Source: an uncultured delta proteobacterium
GTDB taxonomy: Bacteria; Myxococcota_A; Polyangia; Polyangiales; Polyangiaceae
Reading direction: 5' to 3'
Length of the DNA stretch: 64,000 nucleotides
NCBI GenBank assembly: GCA_963782055.1
Contig: CAWAIF010000003.1
Location: forward strand, 6,759,948-6,823,947
The notes below the pieces were generated by a model that saw only the letters and a list, made by a program, of their open reading frames with translations, was not told the origin of the DNA and did no database searches. Numbering within the stretch: position 1 is the stretch's first letter; every line of letters starts with the position of its first letter. Positions 48,310 to 59,577 of this stretch are shown here, in pieces. The position numbers and the translations under genes are program-made.

Positions 48310-50145
48310 ATGTCGCACCGCACTCTCTTCGCCGTGTTTCTGGGCCTCTCCCTCACCGCGGGGCTCTACGCCTGCTCCGGCGACGACAACGCCACGACGG
48401 ATGGCGGCGCCGACGTGAACGTCCCCGACGCGTCCAAAGACGTGAGCGTTCTGCCCGACAGCGGCGGCGACGCGACGCTGACCGATGGCGGCTCCGACGC
48501 CACGTCGGACGCATCGGACGGGGGCCTCAACAGCACGTCGCTGCAGATCCAGGCGGTGCGCGACGCGGCCGACCAGACGGCGAACGTCGCCGACGGCGGC
48601 GACGCGGGCGACGCGGGCGACGCGAGCGACGACGGAGGCGACGCCGGCTCGCTGAACCTGCCTGTGGACCACGCCATCGTTACCTATGTCCACGCCGCGA
48701 TCGGCAACGACGTGGCGGGCTTCTTCGTCCAGGCGGAGAAGACAGGCCCGGCGCTGTTCGTCGCGGTCGACCCGTCGACCCTGAACCCCCTGCCGGTCGC
48801 CGGCGACGACGTCTCCTTCGTGGTGGACTCCGTCGGGCTGGTCGGCACGCTGCGCGAGGCGACAGCCATCAGCAGCTTCGCGCGCAACGCGCAGAACCAG
48901 CCCCTCTCCGCCCTGCTGCAGGATCTCTCCAGCGCCACCGACGTCGTCAACGCGCTCGACTCCTACGAGAGCGAGTACGTCACGATGAAGGGGACGATCG
49001 CCGCCGACTTCGCCTACGCGGGCAGCGGCTTCGTGAGCGCGCAGCTCGACACCGCGGGCGTCTCCGGCAACGCCAACATGAAGCTGCGCCTGCCCGCGAC
49101 GGTGCAGTCGAGCGTGGACGTGGGCAAGGGCTGCAGCCTGACGCTCACCGGCGCGATGTGGCGCTACAACACGCAGGCGCAGCCCTCCGGCTGGGTCGAG
49201 AGCGATCTGAACGGCATCACCTGCCCCGCGCCGAAGGTGGTGAGCGCGGTGGCCACCAGCGCCACGAGCGTGGTCGTGACCTTCGACCGCAACCTGGACG
49301 CCGTCACGGTCACGGGCGACGGCTCGCAGTTCAGCTTCGACAACGGGCTGACCGCTTCGGCCGCGTCCCTCACCGCGCCGAAGGAGGTGACGGTGACGAC
49401 GAGCACGCAGACGGCGAGCACCACCTACACGGTGACGGTCGCCGGTACGCTGAAGGACATGCTGGGCACCGGCGTCGACCAGGCGGCCAACACCGCGACC
49501 TTCACCGGCTACGTCAAGATCGCCGTGCTCCGCCTCAACGAGGTGAACCCCAACATCGGCGGGAGCAAGGACCTCATCGAGCTGCGCGTCATCACCGACG
49601 GCAACCTGAACGGCATCGACATCTACCAGGACCCCGGCGCCAACAGTAACAACAAGATCCTCGCCACGCTGCCCGACCTGGACGTGGCGGTCGACGATCT
49701 CATCGTCGTTCACCTCAACGACGGGAACGTGACCTCCGAGACCACGACGAAGACCGACTGCACCGACGCGGCCTGCTACTCCGGCGCGTGGGACATCGCG
49801 GGCGGCAGCAGCGGCATCGTCTACGCCGGCACGGCGCTCGCGGTGCGCAACCCGGACACCACCATCCAGGACGCCGTGGCCTTCAGCAAGGGCTCGGGCT
49901 CGGCGGGCTACTTCCTCGACACCCTCACCTTCCTTCAGAGCGCCGGCCAGTGGCTGCCGGCGGACTGCGGGGGGCAGACCTGCACGTTCAACACCACCCC
50001 CAGCGCGGACGACATCACCGCCAACTGGAGCAGCGTGGGCAACAGCGCGACGGGCGACAGCATCGGGCGCGTGAAGTCGTCCGACAACGACGACCAGAAC
50101 GACTGGGCCGTCGGGACGAGCACCTTCGGAGCCGCCAACCCCTGA
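48310..50145 (+). CDS. Secreted lipoprotein with lamin-tail domain (LTD) and Ig-like domain
   Basis: Signal and lipobox LTAGLYACSG. ...IAVLRLNEVNPN...DLIELRV...VVHLNDG LTD signature. Confidence 0.65.
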   Translation: MSHRTLFAVFLGLSLTAGLYACSGDDNATTDGGADVNVPDASKDVSVLPDSGGDATLTDGGSDATSDASDGGLNSTSLQIQAVRDAADQTANVADGGDAGDAGDASDDGGDAGSLNLPVDHAIVTYVHAAIGNDVAGFFVQAEKTGPALFVAVDPSTLNPLPVAGDDVSFVVDSVGLVGTLREATAISSFARNAQNQPLSALLQDLSSATDVVNALDSYESEYVTMKGTIAADFAYAGSGFVSAQLDTAGVSGNANMKLRLPATVQSSVDVGKGCSLTLTGAMWRYNTQAQPSGWVESDLNGITCPAPKVVSAVATSATSVVVTFDRNLDAVTVTGDGSQFSFDNGLTASAASLTAPKEVTVTTSTQTASTTYTVTVAGTLKDMLGTGVDQAANTATFTGYVKIAVLRLNEVNPNIGGSKDLIELRVITDGNLNGIDIYQDPGANSNNKILATLPDLDVAVDDLIVVHLNDGNVTSETTTKTDCTDAACYSGAWDIAGGSSGIVYAGTALAVRNPDTTIQDAVAFSKGSGSAGYFLDTLTFLQSAGQWLPADCGGQTCTFNTTPSADDITANWSSVGNSATGDSIGRVKSSDNDDQNDWAVGTSTFGAANP

Positions 50146-50249
50146 CCCGCGGGGCGTCCGCGCGTCGCGGCCCCACACCCCGGCGTCCGGCACGCCGGCA
50201 CGTCTCTCGCCGCCACCCGCCTCGCCCGGATCCCTGATAACCTCGACCC

Positions 50250-51557
50250 GTGCGCTTGCGTTCGAGTCTTGGAGTGCTCGTTGCGGCCGCGTCCTGCGCG
50301 TCGCTCTTCGTGGCGTTCTGCAACGTCTACACGCCGGACCTCGTCGAGACCGAGGCCGGGCCTCCCATCCCCGACGGCGGCGGCATCGGCTGGTGGTCCG
50401 GCACGCAGGGGCAGTGCTTCAGCGCGGGCATGCCCAAGCCCGGCGACCGCCCGGGCCCTCAGGGCGGCACCGACGAGGCCCCCATCTACCTGGCGCTGGT
50501 CAACATGCGCCTGGGCTCGCTCAACACCAGCGGCGACAAGGACCCCAACGCCTGGAAGGATCTCGGCCTGGACCTGGACGGCGTGTGCACGCAGTCGCCG
50601 ACGTGCATCATGGACAACCCCATCGTCTCCTGCAAACCGACGGGCGCGGCCATCCCCTACGACGGCAACTACTGCCGCGACAACACCTTCGGCAGCCTGG
50701 AGTACTACGCCGCGACCATCCCGGAGGTGGGCGGCAAGTACGGCCTCAACGACGACGCCTTCAACTGCGGGCTCTGCACCGGCGCGTACAACTTCCTCGT
50801 GCGCATCTCCAACTACAACGGCCAGCCCAACGACGACACCGTGCGCGTCGACTTCTACCCCTCCCCCGGCCTGGACAGCCCGCTGCCCTGGGACTGCGGC
50901 AGCGCCGACTGGAAGAACCACCCGTGCTTCACGCCGGAGATGCCCTGGCTGGTGCGCGACGACAGCGTGACGCAGGCCTCCGGCGGGCCCGCCCTGCCCA
51001 ACGCGGTGCTGGCCGACCCCTCCGCCTACGTGCGTGACGGGTACATCGTCACCAACCTGCCGCAGGACACCCTCTTCTGGTTCCCCTTCATCCAGGGGCG
51101 CAAGGCCAACGTGCCGACACCGTACCCGCTCAAGCTCGCGCAGGCGGTGGTGACCGGCCACCTCCACAAGGCGCAGGACGGCACGTGGGCGATCGACGAC
51201 GGCGTCATCGCGGGGCGCGCGTTCGGCACCGACCTCGTCAAGGGCTTCCGGCTCATCGGCTTCTGCGAGGACGACAAGAACTACACGCTGATGACCAACT
51301 TCCTGAACAACGGGCTGGACATCCTCGCCGACGGCACGGTGGACGCGAACAAGACGTGCGACGCGATGTCGGTGGGCATCGGCTTCTCGGCGAAGCAGGC
51401 GACGGCCGGCAAGCTGCAGCACGTCGACGATCTCACCGAGTGCCCGCAGCTCGACGGCGGGACCGACGGCGGCGGCGACGCGGGGGACGCGGGGGGCACC
51501 GATGGGGGCGCGGCGGACGCGGGCGCCGACGCGCCGGCCGACGCGCTCGGCGAGTGA
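50250..51557 (+). CDS. Secreted hypothetical protein (Cys-rich N-domain)
   Basis: Signal peptide, long ORF with clean codon usage. Confidence 0.55.
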   Translation: MRLRSSLGVLVAAASCASLFVAFCNVYTPDLVETEAGPPIPDGGGIGWWSGTQGQCFSAGMPKPGDRPGPQGGTDEAPIYLALVNMRLGSLNTSGDKDPNAWKDLGLDLDGVCTQSPTCIMDNPIVSCKPTGAAIPYDGNYCRDNTFGSLEYYAATIPEVGGKYGLNDDAFNCGLCTGAYNFLVRISNYNGQPNDDTVRVDFYPSPGLDSPLPWDCGSADWKNHPCFTPEMPWLVRDDSVTQASGGPALPNAVLADPSAYVRDGYIVTNLPQDTLFWFPFIQGRKANVPTPYPLKLAQAVVTGHLHKAQDGTWAIDDGVIAGRAFGTDLVKGFRLIGFCEDDKNYTLMTNFLNNGLDILADGTVDANKTCDAMSVGIGFSAKQATAGKLQHVDDLTECPQLDGGTDGGGDAGDAGGTDGGAADAGADAPADALGE

Positions 51558-51587
51558 TCCCAAGTTTCGTCCGCCCGGTGCGGAAAA

Positions 51588-52976
51588 ATGCGGTATGCAA
51601 GCCTCGCGATGCAGAGGCCAGCTCGTCCGGGGTGGGTGGCGGCCGCGCTGATCGGTAGCTTGCTGACGATCGGGGCGTGCGCGACACAGAATCGGCTGAT
51701 CGTCCACGTCTCGCGGGTGGGCGACAGGACACCTCCGGATGTCGGCGACGACCTCGACCCGCAGCACCTGGACGTCGGCGCCTACACCACCCAGAAGCCG
51801 GGCTTCTACGCCGTCCACGACCCGGACCAGTGGCTCTTCGTGTGGAAGGACCCGCGGCCCGACGCCAAGCCGCCGCCCACGCCGCGCAGCGTCGACCTGG
51901 AGAGCCAGATGATCTTCGTGGCCACCAGCGACGCGCCGGACGCGCAAGGGATGGAGATCTCGCGGGTAGTCCGCACCTCCACCGGCGTGCACGTCTACGT
52001 CAAGGAGACGCTGGCGGGCGAGGGGTGCACCACACCGCCGCGCAAGGCCCCGCCGATGGACATGGTCGCCTTCGCCTCGACCGACGAGGACATCCACGTC
52101 CACGAGGACCGCGAGCGCGCCGACCCGTGCGGGCCGCCCCCGCAGGCGGTGGTGGAGTGCCGCATCGCCGGGTCCGGCGGCGCCGGCGTGAACAAGCTAA
52201 CGGCCTCGCCCGGCCAGAAGATCAGCTGCAACAGCCGCAAGAGCCGCGCGCGGACCGGCGGTATCGTCGACCGCAACTGGTTCTTGCGCAGCGCGCCGCC
52301 CGGCTCGACCTCCGGCCTGACGATCGGCAGGGCCGGTTTGGGCACCACGCTCACGGTGGACGCCTGGGGCCCCTACACCCTGCGCCTCGAGGTGAGCGAC
52401 GAGACCGGGCGCATCGGCAGCGCGGAGGCGCGGGTGTCGGTACCCCCGCCGGGGGATTCCTTCCCCATCCAGCTCGGCTGGACGGCCGATCCGAAGGACG
52501 ACCCGACGACCTTCCCTCGCTTCGAGCTGCACGTCGTGGAGCTCCCGGCCAAGCTCGGCTCGGCGGACGACTGCACCGCCGACGCGCCCCACGACCCCTG
52601 GTGCACCGTCGCCTCCAGCGTGGCGCTGCAGCAGGCGCGCCTCAAGCCCGAGCCGAGGAAGCGCTACCGCGTGGCGGTGAAGTACGTCGACGATCGCTTC
52701 GCCGGCGCGCCCGTCGCGTGCGTGCGCACCTTCCCGCCGGGCAAGCCGCCCTTCCAGACGTGCGAGGACGCGGCGACGGTGCGCAAGGCGGGCGCGGTGT
52801 GGGACCTCGGCGCGCTCGACCCCGACACCGGCACCTTCTACGACGCCAAGCTGCCGAAGCCGCCGGCCCCGCCGCCCCCGCCGCCTCCGCCCGCGGCGAC
52901 CGGCACCGCGGCCGCGCCGAAGACACCCGCCGCGCCGGAGGCGACGGCCGCGCCGAAGACGCCGCCCCACCGCTGA
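51588..52976 (+). CDS. Lipoprotein, hypothetical, Pro-rich C-terminus
   Basis: Signal and lipobox LLTIGACAT. Confidence 0.55.
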   Translation: MRYASLAMQRPARPGWVAAALIGSLLTIGACATQNRLIVHVSRVGDRTPPDVGDDLDPQHLDVGAYTTQKPGFYAVHDPDQWLFVWKDPRPDAKPPPTPRSVDLESQMIFVATSDAPDAQGMEISRVVRTSTGVHVYVKETLAGEGCTTPPRKAPPMDMVAFASTDEDIHVHEDRERADPCGPPPQAVVECRIAGSGGAGVNKLTASPGQKISCNSRKSRARTGGIVDRNWFLRSAPPGSTSGLTIGRAGLGTTLTVDAWGPYTLRLEVSDETGRIGSAEARVSVPPPGDSFPIQLGWTADPKDDPTTFPRFELHVVELPAKLGSADDCTADAPHDPWCTVASSVALQQARLKPEPRKRYRVAVKYVDDRFAGAPVACVRTFPPGKPPFQTCEDAATVRKAGAVWDLGALDPDTGTFYDAKLPKPPAPPPPPPPPAATGTAAAPKTPAAPEATAAPKTPPHR

Positions 52977-52992
52977 TCCGGATCGTCGCCGA

Positions 52993-53853
52993 TCAGGTCG
53001 ACCAGGAGGCCGCGCGGATCGCCCGCTCCTCCTGCCCCAGCGCGCGGATGGCATCCAGCGTCTTGTCCGCCACCTGCCGGAAGACGCGCGGGCTCGGCGG
53101 CGCGTCGAGCAGCGCGCCGAAGTCGACGGGCGCGCCGAACACCACGTGGATGGCGTCGCCCTTGCGGGTGAAGTTGCCCGCCACCTGCTTCGGCAGATCG
53201 TTGCCCAGGCCGTTGATGAAGACCGGGAGCACCGTCACGCGCGACCTGTGGATGATGCGCCCCACGCCGCTCTGCGCGGGGAGCAGGGTGTACGGGTCGT
53301 CCGACTTGTTGCGCGTCCCCTCCGGGTGCACGCCCACGAAGAAGCCGCCGCGGCGCAGCAGGCTGGCGACCTCGTCCAGGCTCGCCACGTTGACGTGCGC
53401 CAGCTTCCGCTCGCGGAAGACGGGCGGGTACATCGCGAAGAAGCTCATGATGCCGTTGACGACGATGCCCGCGGCGCCCTCGTAGAAGAAGTTGGCGCGC
53501 ACCGGGAAGAGAAGGCGGTGCGGCATCCCGCGCTTCACCAGGTACGCGGTGATGACGTACATGTCGAAGAAGCTGCGGTGGTTGGAGACGCAGAGGTAGC
53601 TCTGCGCCGGGTCCAGCTCGCCGATGCGCTCGCGCCCGTGCACGTGCCGGATGTTGCGGGTGCAGACCTCGATCCAGTTGCAGCCGAAGGTGCGCTGCCC
53701 CAGCCGCAGGGCACCGTCCAGCAGGCCGGGCTGCAGGCTCCTGCGCACCAGGCGGATGTGCGCCCGCGCGACGGGCGACAGGTCGACGCTCTCCAGCGCG
53801 TCGGCCCGCGGCTCGCGTGCGGGCGCCGAGATGCTTCCGTTGGCCCCTGACAT
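52993..53853 (-). CDS. 1-acyl-sn-glycerol-3-phosphate acyltransferase (PlsC)-family protein
   Basis: NHRSFFD (HX4D-type block I), ...FPEGTR... GGAGGA Shine-Dalgarno 8 nt upstream of ATG 53853. Confidence 0.75.
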   Translation of the reverse strand: MSGANGSISAPAREPRADALESVDLSPVARAHIRLVRRSLQPGLLDGALRLGQRTFGCNWIEVCTRNIRHVHGRERIGELDPAQSYLCVSNHRSFFDMYVITAYLVKRGMPHRLLFPVRANFFYEGAAGIVVNGIMSFFAMYPPVFRERKLAHVNVASLDEVASLLRRGGFFVGVHPEGTRNKSDDPYTLLPAQSGVGRIIHRSRVTVLPVFINGLGNDLPKQVAGNFTRKGDAIHVVFGAPVDFGALLDAPPSPRVFRQVADKTLDAIRALGQEERAIRAASWST

Positions 53854-53872
53854 TCCGTGTATCCTCCGGCCC

Positions 53873-54289
53873 ATGGCGTTCTGGCTGATCAAGAGCGAGC
53901 CATACAAGTACCCGTTCGAGCGGCTGGTCCAAGACGGTAACGCGGTGTGGGACGGCGTCCGTAGCTTCGAGGCGCGCAACAACCTGCGCGCCATGAAGAA
54001 GGGGGACCTCGCTCTGTATTATCACTCCAACGAGGGGAAAGAGATCGTCGGTATCGCGCGGGTCACGCGGGAGGCGTACCCCGACCCCACCGCCAAGGAG
54101 GGCGAACAGTGGAGCGTCGTGGACTTCGCGCCGGTGAAGGCGCTCGCGACGCCGGTGACCCTCGCCCAGGTGCGCGAGAAGAAGAAGCTCGCGAGCATGG
54201 CGCTCATCAAGCGGTCGCGGCTGAGCGTGGCGCCGGTGACGCGCGGCGAGTTCGAACAGGTCCTGACGATGGGCAAGACGAAGCTGTGA
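53873..54289 (+). CDS. EVE (PUA-like) domain protein
   Basis: MAFWLIKSEPYKYPFERL...WDGVRSFEARNNLRAMKKGDLALYYHS...IVGIARV typical EVE. Confidence 0.7.
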   Translation: MAFWLIKSEPYKYPFERLVQDGNAVWDGVRSFEARNNLRAMKKGDLALYYHSNEGKEIVGIARVTREAYPDPTAKEGEQWSVVDFAPVKALATPVTLAQVREKKKLASMALIKRSRLSVAPVTRGEFEQVLTMGKTKL

Positions 54290-54308
54290 TCGCGGGCGGG
54301 AGCGAGTC

Positions 54309-55931
54309 ATGACCGAGGTCGACAAGATCATCCGCATGCTCCAGGACGGGTCGGTGGAGAAGCGCATCGCCGCGGCCATCGTCCTGGGCGAGCTCAAGGT
54401 GAGGAAGCCCCAGGCGACGGAGGGCTTCCTGAAGCTGATGGACAGCGGGGTGCCGGTGCTGCAGCGCCACGCGCTGGAGGCGCTCACCGCCACGGGCCAG
54501 GGCAAGAAGGTGGCGCAGCGCGCCTTCGACCTGCTCGGCTCGCACGTGGAGGACGTCAAGCGCGCGGCCACCGCCGCCATCCGCAGCCTGGGGGAGGACG
54601 GCGTGCCGCTCATCCGCGCGCGCATGCCGAGCGCCACGCCGGAGCAGCGGCGCGTGCTGGACGCCGTGCTCGCCGACCTGGGCGGCAAGGAGGCCTTCAC
54701 CACGCTGCTGCACGGCCTCGCCTCCAGCGAGGGGGAGGCCGCCAAGGCCGTCGCCCTCGCGGTGCGCCAGCGGGTGAAGGAGGCGGGCGCTCGCGAGCGC
54801 CACAGCTACCTCGCCGAGACGGAGAAGTACCTCAAGGCGCAGAAGAAGGGCGAGGCGCGCACCAGCGCGGTGGCCGCCGCGATCAAGATCCTCGGCTACC
54901 TGGAGGATGCGCAGGCGGTCCCCACCCTCCTCGCCTACGCCACCTCCAAGACCGAGCCGCCCCTCGTCCGGCAGGAGGCGCTCATCGCCCTGCGCTTCGC
55001 GCTGAAGGACGGCAAGACGAGCGCCAAGGTGACCGGCGCGCTCATCGACGCGGCGGAGGCGCCCGATCGCGCCCTCGCGCACACCGCGCTGCACACCCTC
55101 GGCTCGCTGGCGCTGCCGCCCACCGTGATGCCCCGCTTCCAGAAGCTGCTCGCGCACGAGGACACCGACCGCGTGCGCTTCGCCGCCGCGTACCTCGCGG
55201 CGCAGAAGAGCGAGGCCGCGACCCGCGCGCTGATCCACGTCCTCTGCACGCAAGACCGCCGCCGGGCGGAGATCGTGGCGGAGCTGCTCACCGGGCGGGC
55301 GGACGCGGCCACCGCCCTCGCCAAGGCCCTGCTGGACACCAAGGACGCCGACCGCGGGTGGCTCATTCGCAAGGTGCTCGGCGCCGCGGACGTGGCGAAG
55401 AAGATCTCCCCCGCGGTGCGCAAGCAGCTCCTGGATGCGGCGGAGAAGCGCATCCTCGCGGGCAACCGCGGCTGGGAGGCGCTGCTCGACGTCGTGCAGG
55501 CGGCCGACCCGGGCGGCGTCGCCGCCTCCCTGCGCGCGCTCGCGCAGAAGCTCCGGCGCTCCAAGAACGAGGACAAGTGCGGCGTGGTGCTGCGCCTGCT
55601 CCTGCGGAGCGACAAGGCCACCGACGACGACCGCTTCGCCCTCGCCGCGATCGAGCTCAAGCAGGGCGTCAAGGACACGCGCCCCGCCCTGCGGGCCGGC
55701 GACCCCGCGCTGCAGCGGCTGAGGACCTTGCTGTCGCGTGGCTACGAGGTAGGTGCCGCACTGCGCAAAGACCGCTCGCTGGAGCTGGACCACCTCTATT
55801 ACGTGGGGTTTCACTTCGCCGAGGACGGCCACCCCGTCGGCGAGGAGCTGCTCTCCTACGTGGTGAACAAGGGCGGCCGCACCAAGGTGGGCAAGATGGC
55901 GAAGAACAAGCTCGCCCTGCTCGAGGCCTGA
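54309..55931 (+). CDS. HEAT/PBS-lyase repeat protein
   Basis: Repeated about 30-aa helical units (...RIAAAIVLGEL..., ...RQEALIALRFAL...). Confidence 0.65.
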   Translation: MTEVDKIIRMLQDGSVEKRIAAAIVLGELKVRKPQATEGFLKLMDSGVPVLQRHALEALTATGQGKKVAQRAFDLLGSHVEDVKRAATAAIRSLGEDGVPLIRARMPSATPEQRRVLDAVLADLGGKEAFTTLLHGLASSEGEAAKAVALAVRQRVKEAGARERHSYLAETEKYLKAQKKGEARTSAVAAAIKILGYLEDAQAVPTLLAYATSKTEPPLVRQEALIALRFALKDGKTSAKVTGALIDAAEAPDRALAHTALHTLGSLALPPTVMPRFQKLLAHEDTDRVRFAAAYLAAQKSEAATRALIHVLCTQDRRRAEIVAELLTGRADAATALAKALLDTKDADRGWLIRKVLGAADVAKKISPAVRKQLLDAAEKRILAGNRGWEALLDVVQAADPGGVAASLRALAQKLRRSKNEDKCGVVLRLLLRSDKATDDDRFALAAIELKQGVKDTRPALRAGDPALQRLRTLLSRGYEVGAALRKDRSLELDHLYYVGFHFAEDGHPVGEELLSYVVNKGGRTKVGKMAKNKLALLEA

Positions 55932-56020
55932 AAGGGCCCGCGGCGCCGCCCCGGCCATGGGGAAAAGAGGCCCCCGACCGTCGAAAAGCTTGACGCGGCA
56001 AGCCTTCGCGAAAACCATCG

Positions 56021-56947
<927 letters not shown>

Positions 56948-56951
56948 CCTC

Positions 56952-57750
56952 TCACATCTCGACCTTCAGCCCCTTCGCGATCGCGGGCTGGAGCATCGAG
57001 TAGTTGGTGATGGGCGTGCCCTGGATGTTCAGGTTCTTCAGTCCCTTGGCGCCCTTGAGCGGGGTCAGGTCCTTGATGGCGGTGTTCTGGATGCTCACCT
57101 TCTGCAGCTTCGTCAGGCCCGCCAGCGGCGTCAGATCGGTGATGGGGGTGTCGTCGAGCGAGAGCTCCGTCAGGTCCCCCATCTTGGCGATGGGGGTGAG
57201 GTCGGTCACCTGCGTGTGAGACAGGTCCAGCCTGTCCATGTGCACCAGCTTCTCCAGCGGCTTGATGTTGGAGACCTTGTTGCCCGTCGCGCGCAGGGAG
57301 ACCATCGTCGTCAGGTCGGCGATGGGCTCGAGGTCGTCCAGGCCGCCCTGACCGATGAACAGGTCGTGGATGCCTGTGAACTTGGGCATCAGGCACGGGT
57401 TCAGCTCGTCGATCGGACCGTACTTGGTGAGGTTGAGCGACTTGATGGTCTTCAGCTCGCCCATGCCGATCGCGCCCTTCGGCTTCTGCAGCTTGAGGCG
57501 GACCTCCTTCTCGAGCGCATCGTCGCCCTCGAAGTCGACGACCTGCGTGCTGTCGCACTTCCACTCCTTCTTCTTCGGCGGAGGCGGCAGGGGCGGCGGC
57601 GTGTCGACCGCTGCCGCGCTGGCCGCGGCGGCCGCGGCGGCTGCGGCCGCGGAGGCCGCGGAGGCCGCCGGGTCGACCGTCGCCTTCTTGTCGTCGTCAC
57701 AACCCAGCACCGTCGCCGCCGCGATGCAGATCAGGAGGAGCGCACGCTTC
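56952..57750 (-). CDS. Leucine-rich-repeat lipoprotein
   Basis: MKRALLLICIAAATVLGC. poly-Ala/Pro linker. Repeated LxxLxLxxTxIxDLTPL units. The ORF-track extension to 59402 is rejected. Confidence 0.7.
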
Positions 57751-57833
57751 ATGGGCGCCCATCCTAAACCCAAAGGGGCGACCCCGAGCAAGAGACCTAG
57801 GCGGCGGCAAGGTGTGTCATTCTCCGCCCCGTC

Positions 57834-59177
57834 GTGACCCAGTCTCAGCCGGAGCCCCTGCGCGACGAGAGGCTGCGCGCCGTCAGTCCACTCGCCCTTC
57901 GGGCCGTCGGCCCGCGCCAGGCGCGGGACCTCAGCCGGCGTGCGGTGGTCGCGGCGTGGGCGCGGCGGCGCCCGCTTCGCAGCGCGCCGGACATCGTGGT
58001 GATCGTGGGGCTGATGCTGCTCGCGGGTCACGGCGCGTGGCGCGCCGCGTCGGTGGCCGCGGTCTTCCTCGTCGTCCTCGCGGTGAAGGTCGGCACCGCG
58101 CGCCGCGCGACCCGAGGACTGGCGACCACGCGCTCGGTGCTGGCGTCGCACGTGGTCTCCCTCCTCGGCCATGGCGTCGCGGCGGCGCTCACCGGCGGTA
58201 TCCTCAGCCCGCTCGTCCCGGGCGTGCTCGCCCACGCGGCCGCCGGGCTCATCGTCTTCGGCCGCGGCGACGAGAGCCGCGCGTCCATCGGCGTCTCCGC
58301 CGCGCTGATCGTGGCGCTGTGCTTCGTCCCGCGCGCCTGGGCCTACCCGGCGATGACGAGCGTCTTCTACGTGCTGCTGCTGGCGTACTCGGTCCTCTCC
58401 GCCCTGGTGACGATGCGCGCCGTGGCCAACGACGTGAGCGACGCCTACCGCCAGGCGCGCGCCGCGGCCGACCGCCTGCGCGAGGAGGTGCTGCTGGCGG
58501 CGAGCGAGCGCGCCAGCCGGCTGGAGACCATCAGCTCGAAGGTCGCCCACGAGCTGAAGAACCCGCTCTCGGCCATCAAGGGCCTGCTCAAGCTCGTGGA
58601 CCGCAGCCCCGGGGACGACAAGACACACGAGCGGCTGGACGTGATGCAGCGGGAGGTCGCCCGGATGGAGACCATCCTGCGCGACTACCTCTCCTTCTCG
58701 CGGCCGCTGGAGGACCTGCGCACCCAGCCGGTGGAGCTGGGGGTGCTCTGCGACGACGTCATCGCGGTGCTGGAGGCGCGCGCGGAGGCCGCGGGCGTGA
58801 ACCTCGCGCGGGGGCCATCGACGTGGACCATCGTCGGGGACCCGCGGCGCCTCAAGGAGGCGTTGCTCAACCTCGTCGGCAACGCGGTGGACGCCACGCC
58901 GGCGGGCGGCAGCGTGCGCGTCACGGTGCGCGAGCAGGACGGCGGCGCGCGCATCGTCATCGAGGACAGCGGCAAGGGCATGAGCGAGCAGGAGCTGCAG
59001 CGCCTCGGCACCCCCTTCTTCACCACGCGCGAGGGAGGCACCGGCCTGGGCGTGGTGCTGGCGAGGGCCATCGTCACCCAGCACGGCGGCACGCTCGACT
59101 ACGAGAGCGAGCTGGGGAAGGGGACGCGGGCAATCATCCGCCTCCCCTTCCGCCCGAGCCCTCCGCCCGACGCGTAG
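57834..59177 (+). CDS. Membrane sensor histidine kinase
   Basis: Multiple TM helices. H-box KVAHELKNPLSAI. N/G boxes (NLVGNAVDA, GTGLGV). Confidence 0.8.
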   Translation: MTQSQPEPLRDERLRAVSPLALRAVGPRQARDLSRRAVVAAWARRRPLRSAPDIVVIVGLMLLAGHGAWRAASVAAVFLVVLAVKVGTARRATRGLATTRSVLASHVVSLLGHGVAAALTGGILSPLVPGVLAHAAAGLIVFGRGDESRASIGVSAALIVALCFVPRAWAYPAMTSVFYVLLLAYSVLSALVTMRAVANDVSDAYRQARAAADRLREEVLLAASERASRLETISSKVAHELKNPLSAIKGLLKLVDRSPGDDKTHERLDVMQREVARMETILRDYLSFSRPLEDLRTQPVELGVLCDDVIAVLEARAEAAGVNLARGPSTWTIVGDPRRLKEALLNLVGNAVDATPAGGSVRVTVREQDGGARIVIEDSGKGMSEQELQRLGTPFFTTREGGTGLGVVLARAIVTQHGGTLDYESELGKGTRAIIRLPFRPSPPPDA

Positions 59178-59481
59178 CGGAGGGACCGCGTGGGGAGCGA
59201 CCCCGCCCAGTTCACATCGTCTCAGTCCGCACCTTGATGCTGACCACCTGGTAAAGCCGCTTCGTCGCGGGGAATGGGCTGCGGGACATCCGCGAGCAGA
59301 ATCCGGACGCCGTGCCGGTCGAGACCACTGCGCATGCGATGCCGCAAGATTCTTTGCGGCGGTGCGCGTCCAGGAGGTGGCGCGCCCACACACCCCGACC
59401 ACAACTGCAATCTATCGACGACGTATATTGACAAGCCACGCTTCCTCGTCCAGGGTGGCTCGGGCGAGGAGGCCGCCATGA

Positions 59482-59505
59482 GCAAGCAAGCAAGCAAGCA
59501 AGCAA
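59482..59505 (+). repeat. (GCAA)6 tetranucleotide tract between a strong SD+ATG (59465-59480) and the sedolisin reading frame
   Basis: Counted directly: GCAA x6, then GCG. GAGGAGG lies 6 nt upstream of ATG 59478. Confidence 0.8.
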
Positions 59506-59577
59506 GCGCAAGTTTCGGACCTTGGGGGCCGGCCTTGTCCAGCTCCAGGCAACGCGCGCCGGCGCTCCCCGCCCATC

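Noticed and set aside
56952-59402. 816-aa minus-strand ORF; also 59212..60582 minus ORF
   Set aside because: Antisense of the histidine kinase and sedolisin genes. Only the C-terminal LRR lipoprotein portion (56952-57750) is supported.
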